Assembly: GCA_964392665.1 (NCBI GenBank)
Contig: CAYMQB010000003.1
Span: forward strand, 21,176-85,175
Direction of reading: 5' to 3'
Length of the DNA stretch: 64,000 nucleotides
DNA from: an uncultured bacterium
GTDB taxonomy: Bacteria; Hydrothermota; E44-bin80
The notes under the pieces: model-generated
What the model was told of the DNA's origin: nothing
The model's database searches: none
What the model saw: the letters and a program-made list of their open reading frames with translations, nothing else
In this document: positions 8,483 through 17,577 of the stretch, one piece after another
Layout of the letters: each line of letters starts with the position of its first letter
Position numbering within the stretch: position 1 is the stretch's first letter
Translations under genes and position numbers: made by a program

Positions 8483-9424
8483 TCAGATCTCTCCTTTTAT
8501 TGTTTCTAATAATTGTTTTGGTATGTCGTACTGTCGAGATCGTCGATATCTATGTGCAATAGAAGCATATCTAACACCAAGAAATGTTGATATTTCTTTA
8601 TAGGTTAATCCAGCTTCATCCTTTAAGAATTTTATTAGTATGTCTGCCTTTTTTGTAGTATTATAAGAACGGTTGCTTAAGAAATTCTCAAGATGTGAAA
8701 TATTGTGGTATTTCTTATATGTTTTCAATATAAACTTTGCTGACTTGAACGCAGATACCATATTTTCTTCTTTTTTCCTCATACGAGGATGTTTGTTTGT
8801 ATTTTTCTTTCTTCTATTAAATTTTTGCTCAATTACTTTTTTGAAAGAAGGATTACCAATGTAGTAACAGAATCTGTCTTTTTTGGGTTCAATCATAATT
8901 GCTTTACTTTCCATAATTGACTTGGCAAATTGTCTCTTATTACGCGACATTTTCTTCACCAAGGAAGCGTCTATGAAACTGCTATCCGAAGTGAAATAGC
9001 TATTAATGCTGGACCATTTATAATCGAAGGGATTATCAACAATTCCAGCGCTGTAAGGATTTACTAAAGTATATTCAATCACTCTATAGAGGTAAGTTTC
9101 GTTCTCAACGAGAATGGATTTGAATCTATCTTGGAAAAGATATCCTTTCCCTCCATTTTTTTTGCGAAAGAAATTTGCATAACTTCCGTTCAAAACTCTC
9201 ATAAAATCACTCATTCTTCCTGAAGTATTACATAGAACCAGATGGTAGTGATTTGACATAAGACAATGAGCAAAAATGTTTAAGTGGAAGACGGGGGTAT
9301 TCTGTTCCAATAAGTCTGTGAATTTCTGCCTGTCGCGATCATCAAGGAAAATATCAGCCTTATTTAGTCCACGACTCATTATGTGGTGATATGCTCCTCT
9401 ATATGTAAACCTTGCGGTTCTCAT
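8483..9424 (-). CDS. REP-associated tyrosine transposase (RAYT, IS200/IS605 Y1 HUH family) N-terminal domain fused to a C-terminal DnaA domain-IV-like helix-turn-helix
   Basis: HUH motif HCLMSNHYHLVL. RAYT-type catalytic region YLFQDRFKSILVENETYLYRVIEYTLVNPYSAGIV. The C-terminal LTYKEISTFLGVRYASIAHRYRRSRQ resembles the DnaA C-terminal HTH. 313 aa, about twice the size of a standard IS200 TnpA. Confidence 0.65.
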   Translation of the reverse strand: MRTARFTYRGAYHHIMSRGLNKADIFLDDRDRQKFTDLLEQNTPVFHLNIFAHCLMSNHYHLVLCNTSGRMSDFMRVLNGSYANFFRKKNGGKGYLFQDRFKSILVENETYLYRVIEYTLVNPYSAGIVDNPFDYKWSSINSYFTSDSSFIDASLVKKMSRNKRQFAKSIMESKAIMIEPKKDRFCYYIGNPSFKKVIEQKFNRRKKNTNKHPRMRKKEENMVSAFKSAKFILKTYKKYHNISHLENFLSNRSYNTTKKADILIKFLKDEAGLTYKEISTFLGVRYASIAHRYRRSRQYDIPKQLLETIKGEI

Positions 9425-9450
9425 TTTTTATTAGAGTTTCTTATTTGGCG

Positions 9451-9479
9451 AAGTTTACAAGTTTACATCCTCCGTCCCT
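9451..9479. repeat. right 29-bp terminal inverted repeat of the IS-like unit
   Basis: AAGTTTACAAGTTTACATCCTCCGTCCCT is the exact reverse complement of 8445..8473. Confidence 0.8.
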
Positions 9480-9491
9480 ATATGTTGAAGC

Positions 9492-10889
9492 CTATAGGTT
9501 GAAGTAGAGTTTGTATTCTGTCGGGTTTACGGTCTCTTCTACTTGTCTTATTTCCTCTCTCTTAACTTGGAGCCATTGGTCAATCAAAGTATCATTGAAT
9601 ACCTGTCCGTGTTTAAGAAATCCTCTGTCTTTATCCAGAGATTGAAGTGCTTCCTCCAGGGTTTCCGGGATTTTTTCCAGATTTTTGATTTTTTTACTGT
9701 AAAGATTGGTGTTCGAAGGTTTACCCGGATGCGTTTTATTTTTTATTCCATCCATCCCGGCAAGAAGTAATGAAGAGATAAGCAAATATGGATTTGCGGT
9801 TGCATCTGAGATTCTGAACTCAATGCGGGTATCAGAACTACTATTCTCATACCCCGGTATTCTTATCGCAGCGCTCCGGTTCGCAAGTGAATAGCCGAAG
9901 TAGATTGGTGCTTCATAACCAGGGATGAGTCTTCTAAATGAATTAGTGGAACCGCAGGCAAAACCTGTTATTGCTCTCCCATGTTTCATTATACCGCCGA
10001 TAAAATGCATTGCTATCATACTTAAGTTCTCTGTTCCTCCCCTGTCAAAAAAGAGCGATTTTTTATTTTTTTCGAGATAAAGATGTACATGCATTCCATT
10101 CCCTGAGGTGAAGTTTAGTGGTTTAGGTAGGAAGATTGCAACTTTTTCACGCCCGAAGCAAGTATTTCTTATTATGTATTTGGCTTTCAAAATGCTATCT
10201 GCGGTAGCGAGAAAGGGATTTGATAGAATTTCGATCTCTTGCTGCGATGGGCCTCCTGATTCATGGTGATGATAGTTGACGGGAACACCAGCATTCTCGA
10301 GGTTTGCTGAAATTTCGGATCTCAGTTCATAAAACCTGTCAAAAGGTTCTTCTATGTGATAACCATTACCTTTATCTATACCTGTCATAGAGTTGTTATC
10401 ACTGCTTAGGGTTTCAGCTGAAGTGGTTTTAAAATAGGAAGTATTTATACTTAAATCAAGTGTTACTTTATCGAAGATGTGGAATTCGAGTTCCGGTTTT
10501 GTTTGAAGATTGTCCGCTAGGCCACTGTTCTTGAGATATTTTGTTGCCTTTTTCGCTACAGCTCTTGGACATAGAACATGAGGTTTCTTTTTTTTGCATT
10601 CGAACACGTCGCAAATGAAGGCCAGAATTTTATTTCCTTTCACTGTGTCGACAAAAGAGGTTCTCAGGTCTGGGATTATCACTGCATCTGAGTTTTCTAC
10701 ATTGCCAAATCCCTTTAAACTTGAGGTGTCGATACCTTCGCCTTGGTCGAACGTTTTTTTACTGATTCTCTTTGCTGGAATACTCAGATGATGCCATCTT
10801 CCTTCGAGGTCAGAATATTTGAGTTCTACTTCTTCAATTTTATTATTCTTAATAAATCTGGCTACACTTTCGTAATTTTTTAACATCAA
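9492..10889 (-). CDS. glutamine synthetase family protein (divergent GS paralog)
   Basis: 465 aa. Carries the GS catalytic-domain motif KPLNFTSGNGMHVHLYL (NGSGMHxH-like). More divergent than the upstream glnA. Confidence 0.7.
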   Translation of the reverse strand: MMLKNYESVARFIKNNKIEEVELKYSDLEGRWHHLSIPAKRISKKTFDQGEGIDTSSLKGFGNVENSDAVIIPDLRTSFVDTVKGNKILAFICDVFECKKKKPHVLCPRAVAKKATKYLKNSGLADNLQTKPELEFHIFDKVTLDLSINTSYFKTTSAETLSSDNNSMTGIDKGNGYHIEEPFDRFYELRSEISANLENAGVPVNYHHHESGGPSQQEIEILSNPFLATADSILKAKYIIRNTCFGREKVAIFLPKPLNFTSGNGMHVHLYLEKNKKSLFFDRGGTENLSMIAMHFIGGIMKHGRAITGFACGSTNSFRRLIPGYEAPIYFGYSLANRSAAIRIPGYENSSSDTRIEFRISDATANPYLLISSLLLAGMDGIKNKTHPGKPSNTNLYSKKIKNLEKIPETLEEALQSLDKDRGFLKHGQVFNDTLIDQWLQVKREEIRQVEETVNPTEYKLYFNL

Positions 10890-10894
10890 TCCTC

Positions 10895-12205
10895 CTACAG
10901 AATTGGTAGGTCATGTTTAAGTTCATATGATGTTATATGACTTCTGTATTGTTCCCAGATTCTTTTTTTGTTTTCTATCAAAGTATTAAATATGTGGTTT
11001 CCGAGTGCTTCCCTAACCATTTCACTTTTTTCTGTTTCTTTTATTGCTTCGTTAAGACTTCCAGGAAGAAGCTGGATTTTCTTGTTTTTTATTTCCTGTT
11101 TGTTCAAGGTATAAATATTCTCTTCATTTGGTGGGGGTAGTTCAAAAGCATTTTCTATGCCGGAAAGTCCTGCTCTAAGCATTACTGAGAATGCAAGATA
11201 TGGGTTTGCTGCAGGATCAGGGCTTCTGTATTCGACCCTAGTTGATTTCTCTTTACCCGGTTTATACTGCGGTATTCTTATTAGTGTGGAACGATTTCTG
11301 CATGCCCATGTTACATAAACGGGTGCTTCGAATCCCGGCACGATTCTCTTGTATGAATTAACCCATTGATTTGTAACCAAAGTTATTTCTTTTGAGAATC
11401 GAAGAAGACCTGAGATGAATCTCTTTGCATTATGCGAAAGGTAGTATGGCTCTTTGTCTGAAAAAAATTCATTTTTATCGTCACTAAAAAGTGATTGATG
11501 TGTATGCATTCCACTACCGTTTGCACCAAAAATCGGTTTTGGCATAAAACTAGCAAAATAACCATTTTGTTGCGCTATTTCCTTTACAATATACTTAAAT
11601 GAAATAACATTGTCAGCCATTCTCAATGCTTCATCGTATCGAAGGTCAATTTCGTGCTGGCTTGGTGCTACCTCATGGTGAGAATACTCAACGGGAATAC
11701 CCATTTCCTGCAATGCAATTATAGTTTTTCTTCGGAGTTCATCTCCAATATCTGGCGGAGTAAGGTCGAAGTATCCACCGCGGTCTAAGACTTCAGTTTT
11801 TTGTGAAGAAATGAAGTAGAAAAATTCCATCTCGGGACCTACATAAAAACTGAAACCCATGTCCTTTGCTTTCTCAAGGTTTCGCTTAAGGACATATCTT
11901 GGGTCGCCTTCATAAGGAGTTCCATCGGGATTCTGTATATCACAAAAAACCCTTGCAACCCTGTTTTTCCTATCTCCCCACGGAAAAATCTGCAGTGTCG
12001 TAAGGTCAGGTTTTGCCACCATATCACTTTCATGAATTCTTGTAAATCCCTGGATGGATGAACCGTCGAATCCCTTACCATTTGCTATTGCGTCTTTTAG
12101 TTCATCGATAGTAATGGAGAAGGATTTTGCATTTCCAACGATGTCTGTAAACCACATTTCAACGAATCTTACATTTTTATTTTTCAGTTTTTCAATTATT
12201 TCCAT
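10895..12205 (-). CDS. glnA: glutamine synthetase type I
   Basis: KPIFGANGSGMHTHQSLF ATP-binding motif, DGTPYEGDPR, and a VEYSHHEVAPSQHEID region. The start is set at ATG 12205 (MEIIEKLKNKNVRFVEMWFTD), preceded by AAGGA. The ORF-track N-terminal extension overlaps the rpoN 3' end. Confidence 0.85.
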   Translation of the reverse strand: MEIIEKLKNKNVRFVEMWFTDIVGNAKSFSITIDELKDAIANGKGFDGSSIQGFTRIHESDMVAKPDLTTLQIFPWGDRKNRVARVFCDIQNPDGTPYEGDPRYVLKRNLEKAKDMGFSFYVGPEMEFFYFISSQKTEVLDRGGYFDLTPPDIGDELRRKTIIALQEMGIPVEYSHHEVAPSQHEIDLRYDEALRMADNVISFKYIVKEIAQQNGYFASFMPKPIFGANGSGMHTHQSLFSDDKNEFFSDKEPYYLSHNAKRFISGLLRFSKEITLVTNQWVNSYKRIVPGFEAPVYVTWACRNRSTLIRIPQYKPGKEKSTRVEYRSPDPAANPYLAFSVMLRAGLSGIENAFELPPPNEENIYTLNKQEIKNKKIQLLPGSLNEAIKETEKSEMVREALGNHIFNTLIENKKRIWEQYRSHITSYELKHDLPIL

Positions 12206-12206
12206 C

Positions 12207-13598
12207 CTATCCTTCTTTTCTAAGTCTCGCTGGTAAAATCCCAAGTTGCTTTCTATACTTGGCGATGGTTCTTCTTGCAATTTTGATGCCATCTGTTTCA
12301 AGTTTTTCAGCGATTTCCTTATCCTTAAATGGATGTTTTTTTTCTTCGTTTTCCACCATCGTTCTTATTTTTTCCCTCACACTCCTTACTGAAATATCCC
12401 CATTGTTCGAAGTCGTAACGCTTCCACTAAAGAAAAATTTAAGCTCAAGAAGACCTCTCGATGTGTCTATGTATTTACCTTGTACAATTCTGCTAATGGT
12501 TGATTCATGCAGTCCTATTGCTTCCGATACCCTTTGCATTGTTAGAGGGACCAGTTTTGAGACGCCTTCCTCAAAAAATGCTTTTTGCTTTTCTACGATG
12601 TAATTAGTCACTTTGAGAATTGAATGTCTCCTTTCTTCAAGACCTTTCATCAGATTAACAGCAGAATTCAATCTCTGTTTAATAAATTCTTTCTCCTCCT
12701 TGAGAAGATTATTCTTTTGTTCAAGAATTTCTCTGTAGTACGAATTTATCCTAAGGCTTGGTAAAGTCGCCTCATTGATTATTACCTCGTAACCATCGTC
12801 TAAATCTTTCAGTATCAAGTCAGGTATGATGTATCGAATTCCTTTATCTCCAAATCCACGGAGTGGCTTTGGGTTAAGCGATGAGATTACAACGACCGCT
12901 TCCCTGATCTTAATTTCGGAGACTCCAATTTTTCTTTTTATCTTGTCGAATTTTTGTTCTCCAATTTCTTTCAAGAAATTTTGGACAATGTTGACTTCCA
13001 CGGAAGTTTCCGTATATCCATTCTGGTACAGTTGAATTGTCAAACACTCTTCGATATTTCGTGAAGCGATGCCAGATGGATCAAAGGTTTGCACCAATTT
13101 TAATGCTTCCAGGACATTTGATTCGGATGTATTCAAAGCTTCCATTATTTCTTGAACGTCGGTGTCAAGGAATCCACTTTCATCAAGAGAATCGATGATG
13201 TATTCTCCTATTGTACTTATCTCATCGGACATTACGTTAAGATGTAGCTGTCCAAGTAGATGGTCTCTAATTGAAGGTTTGACTACAGCAACTTTTTCAG
13301 GTATGGCGCTGTTTATATACTGCTTGGGTTTATATGAATAATCATAGTCTCCTTGAAAGAAATCTGTCCAATCAATTTCTTTGAATTCTTTTTTTGTTTC
13401 CTGTTCCTGTTGAGGTTGAGAGTTTTCTTCCTCCGTTGATTCCTGCTGTTCCTCAAGCAGGGGATTCATTTCGAGTTCATTTCTTACTGTCTGTTCGAGT
13501 TCCAAGTAAGGCATCTGGAGAAGTTTAAGAAGCTGATATAATTGTGGTGTTAAGACCTGTTTCAAGGCAACTTTCAGTTCAGGTCTAATTGCGTTCAT
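12207..13598 (-). CDS. rpoN: RNA polymerase sigma-54 factor
   Basis: C-terminal RpoN box ARRTIAKYRKQLGILPARLRK and HTH region ESTISRIVQGKYIDT. Acidic/Gln-rich N-terminal region. 463 aa. Confidence 0.9.
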   Translation of the reverse strand: MNAIRPELKVALKQVLTPQLYQLLKLLQMPYLELEQTVRNELEMNPLLEEQQESTEEENSQPQQEQETKKEFKEIDWTDFFQGDYDYSYKPKQYINSAIPEKVAVVKPSIRDHLLGQLHLNVMSDEISTIGEYIIDSLDESGFLDTDVQEIMEALNTSESNVLEALKLVQTFDPSGIASRNIEECLTIQLYQNGYTETSVEVNIVQNFLKEIGEQKFDKIKRKIGVSEIKIREAVVVISSLNPKPLRGFGDKGIRYIIPDLILKDLDDGYEVIINEATLPSLRINSYYREILEQKNNLLKEEKEFIKQRLNSAVNLMKGLEERRHSILKVTNYIVEKQKAFFEEGVSKLVPLTMQRVSEAIGLHESTISRIVQGKYIDTSRGLLELKFFFSGSVTTSNNGDISVRSVREKIRTMVENEEKKHPFKDKEIAEKLETDGIKIARRTIAKYRKQLGILPARLRKEG

Positions 13599-14320
13599 AG
13601 TGTGAATTGTTCTCCCAAGTAAACTTTCCTTGCTTCCTCGTTTTTTGTCAACTCTTCGGGCGTTCCTTGGAAAAGTATTTTGCCTTCATACATTATGTAG
13701 GCTCTATCAGTGATTTCGAGAGTTTCGCGAACGTTGTGGTCGGTTATCAGAACTCCAATACCCCTGTTTTTTAGTTGGTGAACAACATTTTGAATATCCT
13801 GTCTTACAATCGGATCAATTCCCGTAAATGGTTCATCAAGCAAGATGAAGGCGGGATCCGTGACTAGAGCTCTCGCAACCTCTGCTCTCCTTCTTTCTCC
13901 ACCTGAAAGGGTATATGCTTTCTGCTTTGAGAGTTTATCAATTTTCAGTTCTTTTAGCAATTTGGTTAACTTGTCTTTTCTTTCTTTTTTTGTTAAAGGG
14001 AGCATTTCAAGTATTGCCAGGATGTTTTCTTCAACCGTCAATTTTCGAAATATGGATGCTTCCTGTGGGAGATAGGAAATCCCCAGACGTGCCCTTCTAA
14101 ACATCGGGAGAAGTGTGATTTTTTGGTCGTTGAAGAAAATATTACCTTGTTCCGGTTGAATAACTCCAACAATCATGTAGAATGTCGTAGTTTTTCCGGC
14201 ACCGTTTGGTCCCAGCAGTCCAACAACTTCGCCCTGATGGACAGCAAAGGTAATTTCGTTCACAACTGTTTTTCCTCTATAGCTTTTTACAAGTTTTTCT
14301 GTTCTTAAGGTATTATTCAC
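13595..14320 (-). CDS. lptB: LPS export ABC transporter ATP-binding protein
   Basis: Walker A GPNGAGKTT, ABC signature LSGGERRR, Walker B ILLDEP. 241 aa. Sits in the conserved lptCAB-rpoN arrangement. Confidence 0.85.
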   Translation of the reverse strand: MNNTLRTEKLVKSYRGKTVVNEITFAVHQGEVVGLLGPNGAGKTTTFYMIVGVIQPEQGNIFFNDQKITLLPMFRRARLGISYLPQEASIFRKLTVEENILAILEMLPLTKKERKDKLTKLLKELKIDKLSKQKAYTLSGGERRRAEVARALVTDPAFILLDEPFTGIDPIVRQDIQNVVHQLKNRGIGVLITDHNVRETLEITDRAYIMYEGKILFQGTPEELTKNEEARKVYLGEQFTL

Positions 14321-15281
14321 TCTTTTTCTCTTTACTTAGCACTTTTCTATAAACACCAGATGCATTGCCTTTTACAACAAGCCTTTCGACTTCTCCCTGG
14401 GTAAAGTATATGGTTATGGAATCTCCTGATACAGTATTGGAACCTCCCTCGGGAAGATTGTATTCTCCCTTAGCGTTTTTTGTTGCAGTTGTTTTGACTA
14501 TTTTTCTTTTTTTAAGAAAGACTTCTATTAACTCACCGCAAAGAGTGGATTTGTTCTGTTGTTCGATTGACGGTTTTTCTTTAAGATAAATCATATCAGA
14601 ATTTTGAAAGTATTCAAGATAACCCGCTTTTGCCGTGATGCTATCTTCGACGACCTTAACATTTCCCGTGCAGGACATAAAATTGTCTTTTCTCCTAATT
14701 TTGAGTGTGTCGCCTGATATTGTTATGTACTTTTCTTTTTCCTTGAGTTTCAGCATAGGATTTTCCGTCAAGAAACCCTGTTGCGTTAGGAAGTCGTATT
14801 CACCATATTCACCAGAAACTTCAGTATTCTGTTCTTCGTCTATCAAAACCACATTTCCGCAGGCTTTCGAGGATTTTGTTTCTTTGAAGTAGACAAGAGA
14901 ATCTGCTTTTAGGAGTTGTTTATTGTCGAGAACTCTCACACTATCATTTGCAACCGCTTTTTTCTCTTGCTTGAAATATTTTGCCTTGTTCGAAGTGATA
15001 ATTGTTCCCTCGTCGAGTATCTTAACATTTCCAATAATTTCTGCTGTTTCGTCTTTTTCGTAAGCATAACCCTCTTCGCCTGTTATTATCGTTTTACCGT
15101 GAACGATTTTTAAGTTTCCTATAAGGTGACTTACGCTTCCTTTATCATCAGCCTGTTCATCAAGAGCTACTTTGGTTGCAGTAATCACATAAGGTTCTGT
15201 GTCGCTACGTGTAAACAACTCATCAGGATCTCTTACGAAAATGATCGAGTTAATTATCTGCAGAAGTATTATAATATTCAT
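14313..15281 (-). CDS. LptA/OstA-N family periplasmic LPS transport protein (elongated, repeated OstA-like units)
   Basis: Signal sequence, then repetitive beta-rich OstA_N-like sequence. Lies between the lptC-like gene and lptB. 322 aa, larger than E. coli LptA. Confidence 0.55.
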   Translation of the reverse strand: MNIIILLQIINSIIFVRDPDELFTRSDTEPYVITATKVALDEQADDKGSVSHLIGNLKIVHGKTIITGEEGYAYEKDETAEIIGNVKILDEGTIITSNKAKYFKQEKKAVANDSVRVLDNKQLLKADSLVYFKETKSSKACGNVVLIDEEQNTEVSGEYGEYDFLTQQGFLTENPMLKLKEKEKYITISGDTLKIRRKDNFMSCTGNVKVVEDSITAKAGYLEYFQNSDMIYLKEKPSIEQQNKSTLCGELIEVFLKKRKIVKTTATKNAKGEYNLPEGGSNTVSGDSITIYFTQGEVERLVVKGNASGVYRKVLSKEKKSE

Positions 15282-15283
15282 AG

Positions 15284-15862
15284 TTATTTGCTATTTTGAC
15301 TTTCTTCGTTTTCCTTAACATCTTTAGAAACGGCATTAAAATCCCTTTTTATTTCTATATGCTCAAGGTTTGCGTCGCTTTCCATTCCTTTGCCTGTTAT
15401 AACAGAGTTTTTCTTGGTTATTTCTACTTCGTCGTCGGTAATTATTTTTTTTCTCTTGTTATTCCATCGTAGGTTGTCGGTTTTTAGTTTAGTACTGTCG
15501 CGGGAGGTCACTTCGACATTATTAATTGCCTTCATATCACCGCTCGGTGAAAATACAACGCCGCTGTCAGCCGTTAGGGTCGAATTGTATTTTCCTTCTG
15601 CATCATAGAAATCGACACTTAGAACATAAAGCTTTATAGAATCACCGAAATTATTTGCTTTCTCTGCTCTTAGAACCCAATTCCGGTTGTTTCCTCTGCT
15701 GTCTACAAGAACGAATTTTTCTGCGTCTTCTTTGCTTGTAGTAGTTATTTTCTTGTTACTCGTGTTTTCTTTTGTTCTATTGCAAGAAAGAAAGGAAAGA
15801 GTAATAAAGATGATTAATATTAACTTCACAATTAGCTCCACCTTTTGTGAAACCATACCCAT
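15284..15862 (-). CDS. LptC-like membrane-anchored LPS transport protein
   Basis: A single N-terminal TM/lipo-anchor followed by a beta-jellyroll-like periplasmic domain, positioned immediately upstream of the lptA-like gene. Sequence similarity to LptC is weak. Confidence 0.45.
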   Translation of the reverse strand: MGMVSQKVELIVKLILIIFITLSFLSCNRTKENTSNKKITTTSKEDAEKFVLVDSRGNNRNWVLRAEKANNFGDSIKLYVLSVDFYDAEGKYNSTLTADSGVVFSPSGDMKAINNVEVTSRDSTKLKTDNLRWNNKRKKIITDDEVEITKKNSVITGKGMESDANLEHIEIKRDFNAVSKDVKENEESQNSK

Positions 15863-16866
15863 TCGGTAGGATGCTTTGTTATGAACTGCTCAATCGCTTT
15901 CGAGCACCTTCTTGTGTTTTCAAGTAAGTCTTCCTTTGTATTCCTTGTTTTTTTTAGTATTACTTCCTCTCCAACTTCTATCAGGTGCTTGTTGTTTTTT
16001 TGTCTGTAAATAGCGACAGGAAGAACAGGTGAAGAGGTTTTCATTGCGAGGTAGGCGGGTCCAACAGGTGTTCTTGCTTTTTTACCCATGAAGTTCACGG
16101 AAACACTGTTTTTTTTTGTACTCTGGTCCATCAGAATACCTACTGTTTCACCCAACAGAAGTCTTTTTAGCGCAACAACCGGCGCACGTTCCTTATCGAT
16201 GATTCGGACATTAAAATTTTCTCTAATACGGTTTATTACTGAATTTACCCTCTCATCGTAAACCTGTCTCGTTATGATATTTACAGAGTACCCTTTTTGA
16301 GAAAAGTATGCAGGTATGAGTTCCCAACAACCGAGATGTGCTGTAATTACAACTAAACCTTTACCTCTTTCCAGAAGTCTTTGTATATTTTTTCCATTTT
16401 TCAAATTCACAATTCTATCAAGCCCGGCGTTTTTATATCTTGACAGTCGGAGTGCATCGGCAAGGTTTTTCCCGATATTCCTGAAATTTTTTATAGCCAT
16501 ACTTCTTCTCCCGCCATTATCTTCGATGTTAGGATAAATCAGGGCAATATTTCCCTCCGCTACCTGTCTTGCCTGTCTCGCGAGTTTGAAAACAATTATG
16601 CCAAGGATATTTCCCAAAAAGAGTGCAAAACATCTTGGAAGAATCCTAAAAAAAGACACGATAAATTTTATGATGTACAGTATATACAAATGCCTAAGCT
16701 TTTTCATAGAACTAAAATAACACAGCATATTGGACTTGTCAAGATATTTAAGACTTGGTTTTTTCAGAACTTTATAGGGTTTATTTTGTCCTTTATTATG
16801 AAGGAGGTGAAAGAGATGAAAAAAGGAGTCGATGTTGCCGATCTGAAGAAAAGTGTGGAAGTACAT
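15832..16866 (-). CDS. lipid A biosynthesis (Kdo)2-lipid IVA acyltransferase, LpxL/HtrB family
   Basis: VVITAHLGCWELIPAYF is the HX4E motif of the LpxL/LpxM lysophospholipid acyltransferase family. N-terminal membrane anchor. The real start is probably the internal MKKLRHLYILY around 16707; the ORF-track start is an upstream extension. Confidence 0.75.
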   Translation of the reverse strand: MYFHTFLQIGNIDSFFHLFHLLHNKGQNKPYKVLKKPSLKYLDKSNMLCYFSSMKKLRHLYILYIIKFIVSFFRILPRCFALFLGNILGIIVFKLARQARQVAEGNIALIYPNIEDNGGRRSMAIKNFRNIGKNLADALRLSRYKNAGLDRIVNLKNGKNIQRLLERGKGLVVITAHLGCWELIPAYFSQKGYSVNIITRQVYDERVNSVINRIRENFNVRIIDKERAPVVALKRLLLGETVGILMDQSTKKNSVSVNFMGKKARTPVGPAYLAMKTSSPVLPVAIYRQKNNKHLIEVGEEVILKKTRNTKEDLLENTRRCSKAIEQFITKHPTEWVWFHKRWS

Positions 16867-17436
16867 TTCAAGCTCAGTCTTATTTCAAGTGTTGCCCTGT
16901 TCATTTTGCTTTTTCAACTTTTCCCTCGATATAACCCTCATCCTTACAAGATGATAGATAGAATTGGCACAATGTCCGTGCTTCCAAGTCAGCCTATAGT
17001 AAAACCTGTTATTCCGAAAGAACTACCCAAAAAAAGTATTCCTGTGGAGGCGGAGAATCCCGAAGACATACAGAATGCTATTATGCCCTCGGATAGTGCT
17101 CTATTCAAACGTTTTGGTGAGAAAGACCCTAATGAAATACCCGACCCAGGTACTTTTATTGCATTTGAGACCGGTCCAAAACTCATTTCTGCACCTGCTC
17201 CCGAATATCCAAATATTGCAAAGGCAGCAGGTATTGAGGGTAGAGTGTTACTCCAGATCTTTGTTGGCAAGAACGGAAAGTCCAAGAAAGTTCTTGTTCT
17301 GAAATCCGAGGTTACCGAAGACTGCGATAAGGCAGCAGTTGAAGCTGGTTGGAATTTCAAGTTTGAACCAGCTATGCAAAGGGACAGACCGATTGGAGTT
17401 TGGGTGTCTATGCCTGTTGTATTCAAGCTTAGATAG
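16798..17436 (+). CDS. TonB family energy transducer (C-terminal domain protein)
   Basis: N-terminal TM, a Pro-rich spacer (PIVKPVIPKELPKKSIP) and a C-terminal TonB_C-like domain (GRVLLQIFVGKNGK...). The start is chosen at MKEVKEMKK; the ORF-track start lies further upstream. Confidence 0.65.
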   Translation: MKEVKEMKKGVDVADLKKSVEVHFKLSLISSVALFILLFQLFPRYNPHPYKMIDRIGTMSVLPSQPIVKPVIPKELPKKSIPVEAENPEDIQNAIMPSDSALFKRFGEKDPNEIPDPGTFIAFETGPKLISAPAPEYPNIAKAAGIEGRVLLQIFVGKNGKSKKVLVLKSEVTEDCDKAAVEAGWNFKFEPAMQRDRPIGVWVSMPVVFKLR

Positions 17437-17470
17437 AACGATTAAAATTCATCTTGTAAGTCTTTTCTAT

Positions 17471-17505
17471 CAAATCCCTCTTAATACCCCTTTCCCAAAG
17501 AGGGA
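17471..17505. terminator. 10-bp perfect stem-loop between the convergent tonB-like and pilD genes (no U tract)
   Basis: AATCCCTCTT-15 nt-AAGAGGGATT. No flanking T-run on either strand, so it may be a bidirectional terminator or simply an RNA hairpin. Confidence 0.25.
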
Positions 17506-17577
17506 TTAAGCCAGTAAAATAGGAAAATGCTTTGCAAATAATTGTATTTTACGGGGTTTTAAGGATGTGTAATATTT

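Larger units (their letters stand above)
8445..9479 (-). mobile_element. IS-like unit: a RAYT/Y1-transposase-DnaA_C fusion gene flanked by perfect 29-bp terminal inverted repeats
   Basis: AGGGACGGAGGATGTAAACTTGTAAACTT at 8445..8473 is the exact reverse complement of 9451..9479. The 1035-bp unit carries a single ORF. It fills the gap between the glnA' stop (9492) and the xerD start (8426) exactly. Confidence 0.6.

Noticed and set aside
16989-17426. 145-aa antisense ORF inside the tonB-like gene
   Set aside because: Antisense to a Pro-rich coding region. No independent support.
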